In this document: piece after piece, positions 169,456 through 183,239 of the stretch | How positions within the stretch are numbered: the stretch's first letter is position 1 | Layout: the number at the start of each line of letters is the position of its first letter | The notes under the pieces: model-generated | What the model was told of the DNA's origin: nothing | What the model saw: the letters and a program-made list of their open reading frames with translations, nothing else | Database searches by the model: none | Assembly (NCBI GenBank): GCA_029953675.1 | Contig: JAMWBK010000001.1 | Span: 1,260,001-1,508,000, forward strand | From: Rhodosorus marinus CCMP1338 | Taxonomy: Eukaryota; Plantae; Rhodophyta | DNA length: 248,000 bases | Direction: 5' to 3' | Translations under genes and position numbers: made by a program

Positions 169456-170194
169456 TTCTGAGCAAGTCATAACCTGCTGCTTTTTTGTTGGTGATTAGCC
169501 AAGCAAAAGTTCCCCAACGCCCGCAGCGAACGACCACGCACCGAAAAAGACGCATTGAAATATATCTGACGCAATCGGTCGTTATCGGATCATTTATCGG
169601 ACGACGCATATCCAGTCTTTTATATTCAGGTCCGATTAACTCATATCGGACGGAGATCTGCAGAATATATCGTAATACAGGACGACCTGTATTATGTAAT
169701 AATCGGACGGTCCGATATTTATGGGACGCAATCGGACGTTTTTTTAGCGGACGGAGCCGGCAACCCTAAATTATAACAATTTCGCCAAAAATTCCGCAGA
169801 TGCAATTCCCCGGTTGCTCACCACCCCCCAGTCAAAAAAAAACGCCTTCCCCACCCTCTTCCATATGAATGATTTGCGCATGGAGCACGTAGGCAATGGA
169901 CCGACAGTGGTTGCATGCTTGCCGAGGCCCGCCACCGCCGCCTGGGCTTGCATGCTAATTTCCCTAGTCCTAGTTTCCTTTTGCGTCTTGCGTAGCACAT
170001 CAGGCTTTGTTAACATAACCACCGCAGCCGTGGTCGGAACTGTCGACCTCAGTGCCAAAGTGAGCGGGTTACTTAGCCTGGGTTTTGGGGAAGTCTTGGT
170101 GCCACGCTTGTTGTTTGGGTGCTCAAATCGGAATCCTCGAAAGCGGCCTGTTGCGATGTGTGTAAAACTTCAAAAAATTATCGGTACTATGTAA

Positions 170195-170292
170195 TCGTGC
170201 CTTCCGATAACGATGATCGGACGGCACGATGATCGGACGGCACGATGATCGGACGGCACGATAATCGAACGGCACGATGATCGGACGGCACA
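170195..170292. repeat. 16-bp minisatellite (gatcggacggcacgat) in a dispersed non-coding repeat
   Basis: ~5 units; only ~2 units in the duplicate at ~182255. Confidence 0.85.
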
Positions 170293-171679
170293 TGCCAGCG
170301 CTACTTATAGCCTTGCCTTGAAGATGGGTACAAAATCTACAGACGTCAGGCGGAGACAATGTTCACTATCTTCACAGCTGACAATGGGATCGGCAACGCT
170401 CATCCTGAAAATCAATATTTTCTAGCTAATCAATGCCACGTCAGATCATGTGGGGCTAGTCGTCGGATTTTTGCGCTAATCCAAAGTTTCCTGCTGTGGC
170501 GCATGAATGCCGCTTTGATGTTGGAGGCGCGAGTTCTTCGCCGCACTTAGTCTTTTTTTCCCCTCGGGGTTTTTTTTTCAGCCTCCGATTAAACCATTCG
170601 TTCGCAATCCAAAGTTGGTCCACCAAGTCAATGTTTGGCGATATTCCGCGATGTATAATCGATTCCTACGGATTGAACGAGTACAAATTGGTTTCACGGA
170701 ATATAAATTTGACTGATAAGAGACTGAATTGTGTGTTCAACGGAAGTGTTTATTACCCGACGTAGGGGTCTCGTCATCTTTCATTCATCATTGGTAACCA
170801 TGGCTATAATTAAATATAAAAACATTCTAACATTTAACTACTTCATACAATTTATTCTTTTTTCAGTTTGGAATGAACTACCATTTCTAAATATGCGTAT
170901 TTGCCAAACAACCGTGCGCCAACATAAGTACTCCATTAGGATCGATCTACTGTCTAATGAGTACCGTACCGTTACATGGAGACACTAAATATAGTAAGAA
171001 CCTTATTACCCCGGACTTCTCTGGTGTGTTGCTATTGGGAGGGGGAATGATGTCGAGCTGGTTGTGTAAATACATTTAATCCGAGACAGAAACCGGCAGA
171101 GACGCCGACTGGGAAAAGAGGTCGAGGATCACGCGCCTCCAAACATGAAAGTAGTGTTCATACGCCACAGAAGGAAACTCAAACGGGTAAACCACGAGGC
171201 TGTTGTGCCTGTAGTCGCGAAGCCAACGGGAATTAACGGAAACCACCTGAACGCATAAACGGGGTCTTACGATAAAGCCCCCTGTGTACTTCACTTCTTG
171301 TGCGTTGGTGTATTGAACACGACTGTGTGCGCGACGAGCAGAGTTGGAGAGGTCCTTGTCCAATGAGCTAGGACTAGGTTTGGAAGATTGATAGGGGTGA
171401 AAGGATGTGGCAGGGGACCCCCAAAACTTTGACGTGGTGATAGTTGATGTGGAGCTGACGTGGTTTATAGTCATGACCGTGAGAGTGTGGACTTCTTTTG
171501 GTTTTTGCGTGTTGTGTGCATGAAAAAGTCTCATGAAGGTTTCATGCAGGTCTTTCGCAGGTTCCTGTATCCACGGTTCCCTTCCCCAACCTCCTACCTC
171601 CTCCACACCGGACGTCATTCGTTTGGACGATGTGGTTTCACCAGGCAAGCATTGGCTGGCTGGCTTTACTGGGCTGGAC

Positions 171680-174190
171680 TTGACTGGACTTTACTAGCAT
171701 AGCCTGAAGCGCTACGCAAGGCGTGAAGATGAACTAGTAACTAGGGAGGGAAGCATGCAACCCCAGGCGCCGATGGCGCGCCTCGGAAAGCATGTGGCTG
171801 GAATATCGCCAAAGGGAGACACTTAAACGCCTCAAGAGCGCCAAATATTCAGTAGGATGCTCAGCAAAACATTTCCGCATCCACTCTAAACCCGACTTAT
171901 CCACGTGACCAAAGCTTTCCACAATTGAATGGCTGGAACCGGTGAGAGCGACCCTCAGCGCAAGGCAGACTGGCCATGCTCTCAGCATACCGTCGTTCCT
172001 TAACTCTTCGAAGGGCTGAAGCCGCGGCCCCCCGGCGGCGGGCGGCTGCGGTGAGGTGGACGCTGGCCACGGGGCAGGTAATCGCAAGGTCCAAATATGT
172101 TGAGCGTCTGGCAGCAGCGTCGGAGACGAGGAGATCGGCTATACAACGGGGCGGTGCAGAGTCCGAGATTGATCTGGGCAGTTCCGACTCAACCTCAACC
172201 GTATGCCCTATCCGAGTCAAAATTCGCTGAGGATGTACTTGAGGCGAGTGTGACGCCTCGTACGGAGACCTCTCAACAGTCCGCAGGAACCCAGGAAGTG
172301 GTAGCCACAAGCGTCAATCCGGCTCTCACATCCCTGACAGAAAGACGGCCGATTAGAGTGCCACGGAGCCTGTGGCAAACCGAGAGAGATCCGTGCGGCA
172401 GAACGGAACTTGAAAGCATCGAGACGATGACTCAATGACGACGGTAGAGTGGTTAACCACAAGTGCGAGAGGTGGCCTCCCATGCCGCGGAGACGAGCGG
172501 CAGTGGTAGGCGGCGTGAGAGGAGAATTGAGCATGACTGTGTGAGCGGCACTGTGTTGGCCCCAGGTGAGGCTATGTTGAATCACATCAGTGCGGGAGCT
172601 CCACAATCGGCTCAAACCCGGGTAGTCTGCAACAAGTGACCCGGGGCTAGCCTCTCCGTCATCGGAAAGAACTCGGTCGAGGGGAGAATCCTCAATCGCT
172701 TCAGCTCGTCCCCATAACAGCTCCCTCCAGGAACGAAAGCGGGACCTATTTGCGCCCGGCACGGCGTTGCACCTCCTGAACGCGTGTTGAAGACCATCAT
172801 AAATTGTCAAAAGCGGGGGCGGCAGGGTCACTGGATCCTCGTTGGTCAAAGCTCGAGCCAAGAGGCAGGCACTTCGCATCTGGAAGGTCACCAACGTTCG
172901 CAGCGCGGTAGCCCAGGAGGCAACTACCTGCTGGCGAGCATACCAGCCCACGGTCTGCGACGCCGAATCCCCCTAATCGCAACGGTAGAGCGATCTGTGC
173001 ACGAATCAAGTCCCTGTCGGGAGCAGCTTCAAGATCGAGGGGCTCATCCAAGAGCGTTCCCCAGTGTTGCAGGGTCATCTCGTCGGCTTTAGCCGCGATC
173101 CACGAGCCCCAAGCTGGAGGCAGGCTGCGCAACCAGTAGTTGAGTCTGGGACCGGCACAAAAGCGGGAAAGCAAGCAGGCCGATTGCAGCATGCTGTCGG
173201 GTAGGTGCTCAATGGCGTCGGTGAGTTGCTTGTGCTGTGCCAAAACTCGCTCGCAGGATGCTTGGACAAAGTTTTCAGTGCCCAATCCGACGCCGTGGTG
173301 TTCAAACCCTTCACGTTCGCTGATTAGTCGCAGAGTGGGTGGCAGAGAGGCCAGCGACACGTCCCTCGGGGGGAGAAAGCGACATTTTTCTGTTTCCACA
173401 GTCAAACCGACGCGACGTGCAATCGCTTCGATCTCGGTCAGGCCCCCTAGCCAGGGTGTCAGGGGTGCCCAGCAATGTTACGGCATCGTGGTACGCGCAG
173501 ATTCGAAGATCCGAGACGTCAGTCGAAAGACGTAAAAGTACGAGCTGTAGGGCACAGGCATGAAGAAGAGGTCCGCAAGGGTCGCCTTGTTGGACGCCAG
173601 TATGTGCTTGAAAAACAGTGCCCTCCGTTGTCAAGTAGGGGAGGCTCTCCCCTCCGTAAATACCCGACAGAAACGGCCACGCCTCCCTAAACACCCGTCG
173701 GAGCTCCTCTAGCGCATGCGTCCGCGACACGCTGTTGAATGCGTTCCGGAAATCAACCACCAAGACTCCCCACTCCGGCCTACTGGCGCGTTCTAGCTCG
173801 ATCCCATGGGTAATCAGTTCGCAACCCCCAGAAAATCCCACCCCTACTTGCAAGGGCGCCATAAAAGCTGTGACTCGCTGGCGAAGGCGCTGGCATAGCC
173901 ACCTCCCGGCTAACTTCCGTAGGCTCTCCACCATCCCGATCGGCCGGAGATGCGGGTGGGCCGGCTGGTGGTCAGGTTTCGTGAGCAAGCAAAGCTCTGC
174001 CGCCGGAGATGTTCCCATGGCGCAGACGCACCCGATACGCCCTGGAACAACTTGTTAAGGATCCTCAGAAGCGCGCTCTGGCCTGGCTGGCTCAGGGCCT
174101 GCAATAGATCTGTTCTTAGTCCGGAGGGTCCGGGACAGCGTCCCCGACGCGAGGTACGAAGCAAATCCTCCAGGTCAGACTCACCGGACT
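171680..174190 (-). mobile_element. Family A, 5'-truncated, frameshifted
   Basis: ORF fragments 171734..174200 match ORF2. Confidence 0.9.
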
Positions 174191-176462
174191 TGACTAGCAT
174201 AGCCTGAAACGCTACGCAAACCGTGAAAAGGAACTAAGAACTAGGTAGAGAAGCGTGCAAACCCAGGCGCCGATGGCGCGCCTCGGCAAGCATGCTGCTC
174301 TAATATCGCCACAGAGAGACACTTAAACGCCACAAAAGTTCCAAGTATTCAACAGGATGCTCGGTGAAACATTTCCGCAACCACTCTAAACCCGACTTCT
174401 CCACGTGACCAGAGCTTTCCACAATGAAAGGCTGGAACCGGTGGGAGCGACCCTCAGCGCGAGGCAGACGGCCATACTCTCAGCATACCGTCGTTCTTTC
174501 ACTCGGCGAAGGGCCGAAGCAGCTGCTCCCCGGCGGCGAACGGCGGCCGTGAGATGGGCGCTTGCCATAGGGCATGTAATCGCGAGGTCAACATAAACTG
174601 AGCGTCTGGCGGCAGCATCGGAGACAAGGAGATCTGCGATACAGCGCGGCGGTGCCCTATCCGAGAACGATCTGGGTAGTTCCGATTCCACCTCAACCGT
174701 ATGCCCTACCCGAGTCAAACATTCGCTGAGGATGTACTTGAAGCGAGCGTGATGCCTCGTACTAAGACCTCTCAACAGTCCGCATGAACCTAAGAAATGG
174801 TAACCACAAGCATCGATCCGACTCTCACATCCCTGACAGAAAGACGGCCGATTAGAGTGCCACGGGGCTTGTGGCAAACCAGGTAAATCCGTGCGCGGAG
174901 CGAAACGCTCCGAGCTGGTCCTAGCCAGAGGACCAGCTCGGAAAAGCGAAGTGGAGGTTTGTAGAAGCGAATGACCTTTGTGCCGGAGATATGGGGGATA
175001 TTACCACCTTCGTTCAATGCCGCTCTCCTGATCTTCTGCTCTTGCACTCGCGGTCACCGGCTGTCAATGAAATCCTCCCGACAAACGCTGATGGCCATTT
175101 TCTGAGTTCTAGCTTCTACATTTAGACGTATTCTCCATATATATATCTGAAAAACTGATACTGTTTATTTACGGACGAGTTTTTCCTATATTTTGACCAC
175201 ACGAAAGGTTGAGGCTTGCCCAGATAACCGCCGCTGCTGACCGCCCTAAGTGAATGGATCGTCACATTTCTTCGCACCTGGCGCTGTTGGTGATTGTCCG
175301 TCTGGCAAGGCCCCTTCTTTGAAAACGCCGAGTGCTGATTCTACGAAACGTATGCCATGAGCGCGTCAGGTGGCGACTCGCAGAGTATCGACACGGCGAA
175401 GCCTTTACGTGCCGCCGAACGACATGAATTGGATTAGTTTGGACTTGTTGACGTAAATTGGCGTGGGCAAGCCACTAGCAACACATAAGCCCCTTCAGAA
175501 AAGAAGAATAAACAGCAGAGTCTCGCGGCTGGTTTTGAAATTCAAAAGAGACCGCGGCTGAGAAATGACCCTGGCAAATGGAAAACCCTTTTGAAGTCAG
175601 ATGTGCAGCCCTTTGGTGTTGTTCCACACGAACCATTCTGGCGTTAGGAGTTTGGCCTGTGTCAGGATTCATCTAGGATTGCCAGTGTTTGATGATCGTG
175701 ACACGAAACTTGCTGAAAAAAAAACACGAGACGAGCCCTCATCATACGGCATCAACTCTCTTTCCATCGAGGTATTGCAAAGTGCAAAGATCGGCTGATG
175801 TTGTCGAACCCTCCCCCGGGCAACAGCAGCGAAGCACATTCGACGATAAAATTCGATGCTCGTGGTTGAGGGCGGTTCTTGCCTTTTCGTCTACCGTAGT
175901 CGTAGAATCGCCAGCAACAATCTTGTTGATCCCCGAGCAGATGGCTAGAACTGATGAATGCTGAAGTTGGGTTTTGGGTGGCTCTCTTTCCAACTGACGA
176001 AAACAAGGACCGTAGCGATTGTATCCCTCAGCCATTTCAACCAGCGCGTTTGCGTGTCTTTTTTTTCGTTCTCACCATCTGCCTTCGGTGGTTTGACGAG
176101 CGCAACTATGAGCAAATCTCTTACATTCTTGTTTCCCAAGAGAAACGGCCACCTGCCTTCTGGTAAGATGTGGAGCTAGAACATAGTTGTTGATGAAGTT
176201 GATATCGAGGGTAGCCAACTTGACTCTGGTTGATTGGTGGAGTTAGCTGTTGGCGGTAGTAGTTTTACTAGTTCGCCCTCGTCGTGGGTACCGTCGTTCT
176301 CGCTCCATCCCTCATGCTTTCGAAGCAGTTGAGCAAAGCGATAAAAGGAGTCAAGCGGGAGTTTACGATATCTTCAACCGTGCGAATGATCGGCAATGTG
176401 AAAAGGAGGTGTAGGAAAATATACATGGTCCAGACGGAAGCTGACGAGGAAATTGAGAGGCA

Positions 176463-176978
176463 ATGCAGGTGCTTGCGAGGGTGTTGTTTGTCTTGCTGTC
176501 ACTGGCGGCGTACTCACTCGCTTCGCCTGTGATGAAATCGCACTTTGAAGCTGTTGAGGTCGCTGAAGTCGCTCGGCCGGTTGTTCTGGGGCTAGACTGT
176601 CTTGAGAGCTGTATTGACAACTGCGACTATATGTACACAAAATACAGTTCGTCGTGGTTCGTTTGTAAGAGAGCCTGTAAGAACCTGTGCGGATCGTTTA
176701 CCACCAAGCCGGATCCCACTCACGGTACAGACGACGATGGCGATGATGATTCCGAGAACTTTCTCGAGCTCTCGCCTAATGGTAAAGTCGAGGTAGCCAC
176801 TTCCGGGTATGATTGTCTGGGGAGATGCGTCAAGGGCTGCGACGAAGAATATGCCAAATATAGTTCATCATGGTTCGTATGTAAAAAGTCATGCAAGAAC
176901 ATTTGCGGGTCGCTCACGACGCCTCCGGATCCGACGCATGGCGATGATGAGGATGGCGAAACATTGTGGTCTGGTTAG
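176463..176978 (+). CDS. Secreted two-domain Cys-rich protein (CxxxCxxxC..SSSWFVCKxxCKNxCG x2)
   Basis: Signal/pro region followed by two ~45-aa 6-Cys repeats, each ending PDPTHG + acidic tract. Confidence 0.85.
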   Translation: MQVLARVLFVLLSLAAYSLASPVMKSHFEAVEVAEVARPVVLGLDCLESCIDNCDYMYTKYSSSWFVCKRACKNLCGSFTTKPDPTHGTDDDGDDDSENFLELSPNGKVEVATSGYDCLGRCVKGCDEEYAKYSSSWFVCKKSCKNICGSLTTPPDPTHGDDEDGETLWSG

Positions 176979-178588
176979 CAGTAGTTTTGGTATGGCTTTC
177001 TAGAGCTCAGTTTATTGGGAAATGGTCAAGTTGTGGGGCTCTTCGCTCACTGAGTAAGCTCATTGTGTCTAGATAAATCGATCCACGGCCAACGTTAAAC
177101 AAGGTCTTTGCAAAACGAGCAAGCAACCGTGGTCATCCGACCACCAATGCGCCGAGGGCATCACCATATTTGGCTCGTTTCCTCGCTTCAGCATTGGCAG
177201 CGACATAGCCAGTTTGACAGACGGGGAGAGCGATCAGATGGGCGCGTATATGGGGACTCCCGCTTAACAAAAATTCATTCAACATCAAGAACACTCTGCA
177301 TCCGGTACGATGATGACGAGCAACAATGTCTCGTCGGATACGGTTACCCCTAAAAAGTTGTCTCAACCGAACCTCATGAATGAAGCCACCATGAATGAGC
177401 CACCGCCATAAATGACGCGCCAGGTCATCACAAATGAGACTATGACTCAAAGTCTAACTCCCGGCCGAAGTTGGGCGTTGGAATAAGCGTTGAATCCCAT
177501 GTGGAAAGCCACCGATATTTGAGCTATCGGGATGCCATCGGGAATCGCAGTGAGTTCCAATTCGAGGCTGCACGGTGTTCTGAGAAGCGGGGAACAAGAC
177601 GCTAATGACGCTGCAACGAAAAGTAGCATTGGAACGCCAGAGTATAAAGGACTATTCTGTGAGGGGGTTACTCGTGTTGTGCCTGGTGTTCACAATCTCG
177701 CCCTATGGCAATACATTATGTTTCCGCCAGTTGGTTCAGACAACTCCTCTGCCCTCCAGCTTCCTGCGCAAGAGAGATTCAACGACGATGCTTAAATTCC
177801 GAACAATCAGCAGGAGCGATGAGTACATCCTACGCAGGAGACTGGAGGAGAGCCGTGGCGGAGGAGCTTAGCTCGTTAAGATCAACCAATACGTGGAGCC
177901 TCATCAACAGTTCAGAAGTATCGATGGGGAAGAAAATTTTGCAGTCAAGCACCGTGCTGCAAGGGAAGCGAGCTCTAGACGGCTTTGTTCAACGCTTCAA
178001 AGTGAGAATAGTTGCGAAGGGCTTCACGCAACGAGGAGGTATCGGTTACGAGGAAATTTTCTCCCCATGGTCGATTCCTGTGGCTGCTGCATGTATAGCT
178101 CCTTTTTCAGAACTCCATTTAGACAAGCAGTCTTAACATTAACCTGCTCGATATTTCCGGATCATCCCTAGGGCTAGCGTGGTAAAAGGGCCATAGGGGC
178201 ACGTTAGTCCTAGGGATGATCCGGCAAGTCCTATGTAGGTTTCGATGAATGGTTTCGATGAATGGTTTCGATGGGCTTTACTAGCATAGCCTGAAGCGCT
178301 ACGCAAGGCGTGAAGATGAACTAACAACTAGGGAGGGAAGCATGGTTTCGATAGGGCGGGCGATAATAAAAATCATTCGAGGAGTAAAAAAAATCATTCG
178401 AGGAGTACCCCTCGATGCTGAAGCATTTCGACAGGGGCCATAGCGCCAAGTTTAGTGGTTTTTAATTGCCCTATCTCCGTGAACAACAAGAGGTATATTG
178501 TAGCTGGCGCAAGGCAGGCTGCTGAGTATGCGAGTCCACTTGTCCGCTCAGAACATAGTATGCTGTATCGGAGCTGAGGTAAAAGCTT

Positions 178589-179590
178589 TTAGTACAAAAT
178601 CCCGCCGAGCATACCCTGGTAGACACCAGAAGCTGTTCGTATTATCAGAGGGCATCCTCCGGGGGTGTTGATACTGTACTGGGTGACTCCTTCCCCGCTA
178701 GAGAATAGGCGATTGTTGAAGAGAATAAGCCCAACCGTTCCTCCCAAGTCCGATTCGCACTTCCTCTCAAACTGCGCGTCAGCGATGTCGTAGGCAGTTA
178801 CGCTGTCGCATCCAACATATAAAATCTTTAGATCTTCGGAAAGTACTAAACTTTGCACACAGGGAGAATTGACCTCGGCAACCACCTCAAGCGTCTCCGG
178901 GTTCCACCGTCGTATGGTCTTAGTCAAGAGGCTTGGGGGGAACGGGTTAACTGTGTAGAGATCGGATTGTCCCCTGATCTCAAAATGAGTAATGTAAATC
179001 GTTCTGGCTTCGTTCACCTTCGTGTAGTTCTGGGAAACGTCGTACTGCATGACAATTCCTTCTCTCTCGAGCTCAGGAATACTGTACCCCACGTATAAAT
179101 ACTTGGCCGTGAGCGCAGCATCCACGGGCTCTAGTTGGAAGTTTCCGTACATCTCAGGTTTGATTTCAACCTCGGTCTGGAGGGTTATTGGCTCCATGAT
179201 CCTGACGGATTTGCCCGCTGGAGAGATCAAAAGCATTTTCTCTATGAGATCATCACTCGAACCTCGGATGAAGATCGGTCCTTGTGACGTGAGGAGATTA
179301 TCTCTCGTCTCAAGTAATTTCCCGTCCTCATCGATATGCCATCGACGAACGAAGCCGGCATCATCTGTTTTCTCCCACGTATACATGTATGAGCGGTACC
179401 GCATTACGGTCTTGTATCCTTCGCCACCTTCTTGAGGTTTAAGCATCTGCATCGCCCTGCTACCATTTCTGAGGCTGTGTGCAGCGTACAGCTCAATATT
179501 TCCCAGCTCATCAACAACCGCGACGTTGGTCTTACAATGAGCCAGTGATCCTATCAAGCTGATGAGCACGAAAGCAAACACTACTTTCAT
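178589..179590 (-). CDS. Secreted probable beta-propeller protein (copy 2)
   Basis: Near-identical to 166251..167252. Confidence 0.78.
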   Translation of the reverse strand: MKVVFAFVLISLIGSLAHCKTNVAVVDELGNIELYAAHSLRNGSRAMQMLKPQEGGEGYKTVMRYRSYMYTWEKTDDAGFVRRWHIDEDGKLLETRDNLLTSQGPIFIRGSSDDLIEKMLLISPAGKSVRIMEPITLQTEVEIKPEMYGNFQLEPVDAALTAKYLYVGYSIPELEREGIVMQYDVSQNYTKVNEARTIYITHFEIRGQSDLYTVNPFPPSLLTKTIRRWNPETLEVVAEVNSPCVQSLVLSEDLKILYVGCDSVTAYDIADAQFERKCESDLGGTVGLILFNNRLFSSGEGVTQYSINTPGGCPLIIRTASGVYQGMLGGILY

Positions 179591-182500
179591 CTTCCAGCGC
179601 GCTTTTCTGTCTTCTCAGAAAGAGGTGTAAAAACCAACCACGTCTGTTTTCGATCGGCGAAACCTAGCTGAAATTTCAGCAGCAGACTACTAGGAGCAAT
179701 GCTAGGAATAGCTTGTTATCAGCTTCACACAGAAGAAACAGCGTGAACTTTCTTTTAAGCGTCTGCTTGGTTTGGCAGCCTCTCCAACAGATTCCTCTTA
179801 TTCCCTCAACAAGTCGTTGCACTAATTCTGTTCCAGTTGTTCCAGTTGCACCTTCCCCCTCTCGTGCCAAATGATGTTTCACAATCCCCACACTAAATTT
179901 ATATACACTCTAGCAGTACCCCAGGTCCAAGCTCGCAAACGTCGACATGGAGGTCTTTACCACTTTAGTTGGTTTTGTCTCTTTACGGCGTCTAGCCCGC
180001 CAAATCTCCAGATGGTTGGAACCAATCAAAAGAGCTTTTTGGCGCATGCTAAAATTAGAACTTGACTTTAGATTTCGAACGGAAAGAGAATCTCGGCATA
180101 TGATCGCCCAGTCTAGTTGTGCACATCTGAGGGGTCCAAAATTTTCTCCTCGAAGAGTAGAATATAATAGTGTTGTCATGTACCGTCCGATAAGGTTTAT
180201 CGGACAGTACGGATATTTTTTGAAGTGGAAAGACTATTGAAACACAGCATAAGACGAATGGGTGTCCAAATAAACTTATTCCAAAAACAGGTCCGATTGC
180301 CCGTCCGATAAACAGGACCGATAAATCGTCCGAAGTTCAATCAACGTTAGTCTAATAATCAATCATCTCCAGTCCAGGTATTGAATCATGATTACTTCTT
180401 GGAATGGCTCGTGTATCATGAATCATCATTACTTCTCCTAATGACCAGCTGACACTATCATGTAATGAATCATGATTATTTCTGGACTCGACAGGCTGGC
180501 AAACGTTGGTTGAAGATTGCGGTTAAGGTGGCAAGGACTTGGAGTAGAACAAGCGAGTTCCGAAGGGAGTTGTCTCGTGTCCTCTGGTAGCGTGAGTACT
180601 TTGGGGATCGACCATATGGTTGGTCGCGTTTCAGTGTCTTTTTGGGTTAACCCAGTGGTGGAGTTCAACCGCCGTTATTCTCGAGGCGAGTTCTTTGTGC
180701 CGTTCGTATTCCTTAGCCCCCGGGGGACTTAATTCTCGGAGCAAGCCGAGTGGACTTTTTCTTCGAGCCACATAGCCAGGAGCTTCAATAGTTTGGTAAC
180801 CATGAGTTCTGCCCGCATCGCAGACATTGGCATTTTGTCGCCCGCTCTCGTCTATGAAATCGCTGAAACCCTCCCAGACCACACTCTTCCTCTTCCCCTT
180901 CCCTATTCTTCACTACTAGGAATTTCAACTACAGTTCCCGAACGAAGACTTTCCTTGCTGCCCTAGTGCTCGTAGAACCATCCTAGTGGACCTCGGAAAA
181001 TATTGGGACCCTTACGTCCTCGGAATTTGCTAGCCTTTGTAAGTGGATTATCAACGGTAAGTCCTTGGAATCTCGTAACTCTTGTATGTGGATTGGTACC
181101 GTTGGAAATGCAGACAGCAAATGATCACATTGTTTATTCATCAACGGAAAAACCACCTGAGAGCAGGAAACCTAGCAAAACCGACCTGTACGATCCCACC
181201 AAAAAAGGTAGTAAGTCCTCGTATATTGATGAAAATCAAACGTTAGTCAAAACACAAACTCTGAAAAAGAAGAAATCCGAGCTAAGGGTAGGCGGGAGGG
181301 GCGGATCTCCATAAAGAGGAGCAGCAATGCAGCCCCAAATAACAAACCCTGAGCTCCTCCAACAATTTCAGTAGCCCCGCTGGCACAGGATGATTTCCTT
181401 CATCCACACAGCAATGGAACTAATCGATATCCTAAATATCCGAGGAGCAAAGGAGAGGCCATCAGCCCAGGTGGAGTCGGCAGGCAGTGAAACCCTTGGA
181501 TACTCCGCAGGACTTAATCCCTCGGTTCAAGTTCCTTGGCACTTGCTCATATGCTCTCACACCCTATCACCAGATAGTTGGCCACCGTAAATATAATATA
181601 AACGGTTATCGGACCGTCCGATAACCGTTTATTGGAGTTGTCTCTAGTAATAAGAGGTACTTTCTGTATAATTTTATCGGACTGGAATATAATAGGGCTT
181701 CCTCCGATAAATTTTCCGATAACGATCAATTGCGTCCGATATTTTTCAATGATTTTCTCTTCTTTTTCGGTGCATGGTCGTTTGCCGACTCGACTAAGGT
181801 TTGATTTTCTTCAATACGCGAGGTTGTGATTACACCTTCCATGATATCCCGAAGGTGGGTATGGCTCGATCAACAAATGCTTTGACAGCCTGTCGAAATC
181901 AGAAGTAATCTGTCCGGGAGGTTCTCACTTAATCATAATCATGATTCATTGCATGATAATGGAAGCTTGTCATGGCGAGGACAGCTTAGGCGTAAACATG
182001 ATTCACGATAAGCGAGCATTGACCCAAGAAGTTGTCAATGTTTCAATAACAGGACTTGGAGATGATTGACTATTAGACTGATGTTGATTGAATATCGGAC
182101 GACTTATCGGACCTGTTTATCGGACGGGTATTCGGACCTGTTTTTTCGAAGAATATCAATCGGACACACGCTGCTTTTATACTTGTTTTCAATAGTCTAT
182201 CCCCCGCTCCAAAAAAATTATTGGTAATATATAATCGTGCCGTCCGATAACGTTTGTCGGACGACACGATGATCGGACGGCACATGCCAACGCTACTTAT
182301 AGCCTTGCCTTGAGGATGGGTACAAAATCTACAGACGTCAGGCAGAGACAATGTTCACTATCTTCACTGCTGACAACGGGATCGGCAACGCTCACCCTAA
182401 AAAATCAATATTTTGTAGCTAATCAATGCCACGTCAGATCATGTGGGAGTTAGTCATTGGATTTTTTCGCTAATCCAGAGTGGGTCCAACTCAATGGGTG

Positions 182501-183239
182501 GCTTTATTCCGCGATGTATAATCGATTCCTACAGATTGAATGAGTACAAATTGGTTTCATTGAATATAAATTTGATGAATGGGAGACTGAATTGTGTGTT
182601 CAATGGAAGTATTTATTACCCGACGTAGCGGTTTCGTCATCTTTCATTCATCATTGGTAACCATTGCTATAATTAAATATAAAAACATCCCAATATTTAA
182701 GATACTACTTCATACAATTTATTCTTTTTTCAGTTTGGTATGAACTACCATTTTTAAATATGTGTATTTGCCAACCATTCCATTGACCACCCACCCAGTT
182801 CAACCCGTCCGTCCTACAAGACTGATGCTTTGTTACCCCAGTGCCAGTCGATCTCGTCCAAGAAACAAAAGCTTGGGTAACGCTTTTTTATGGGGACGGC
182901 TGGCAAACCGGCAATTCCACCCCTTGGTTTGGTGAAAGCTTTATATTCCACGGGGCAGTGCTGTCAGGGGCTGTTGAGGAACCAAGTCACAGTCTGTCTC
183001 TAAATGAAGAACCTTCTAGAAGTCAAACTGATTAGATTTAGGATATGCTTTGGTATTGCTCAGCCGGAGAAACGGGTCGCTAAATACCGTTTTAGAGCAG
183101 CATCTATGTACAGTTTACGGAATGGACTGGTCAAGCTGCGCATCGACCACAAGGTCCGACGCCTAGTGGCCATGTGGACTACGTACCCAAGCCTTGTACG
183201 TAACTGTATCCTTTACTGGTCAGCTGCCTACTGCAGCGC

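Larger units (their letters stand above)
157280..182770. repeat. Segmental tandem duplication: ~157280-170990 (with A insertion) versus ~175220-182770
   Basis: Same gene order (Cys-rich gene, Copia RT remnant, beta-propeller gene, intergenic ORFs) with high identity. Confidence 0.9.
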
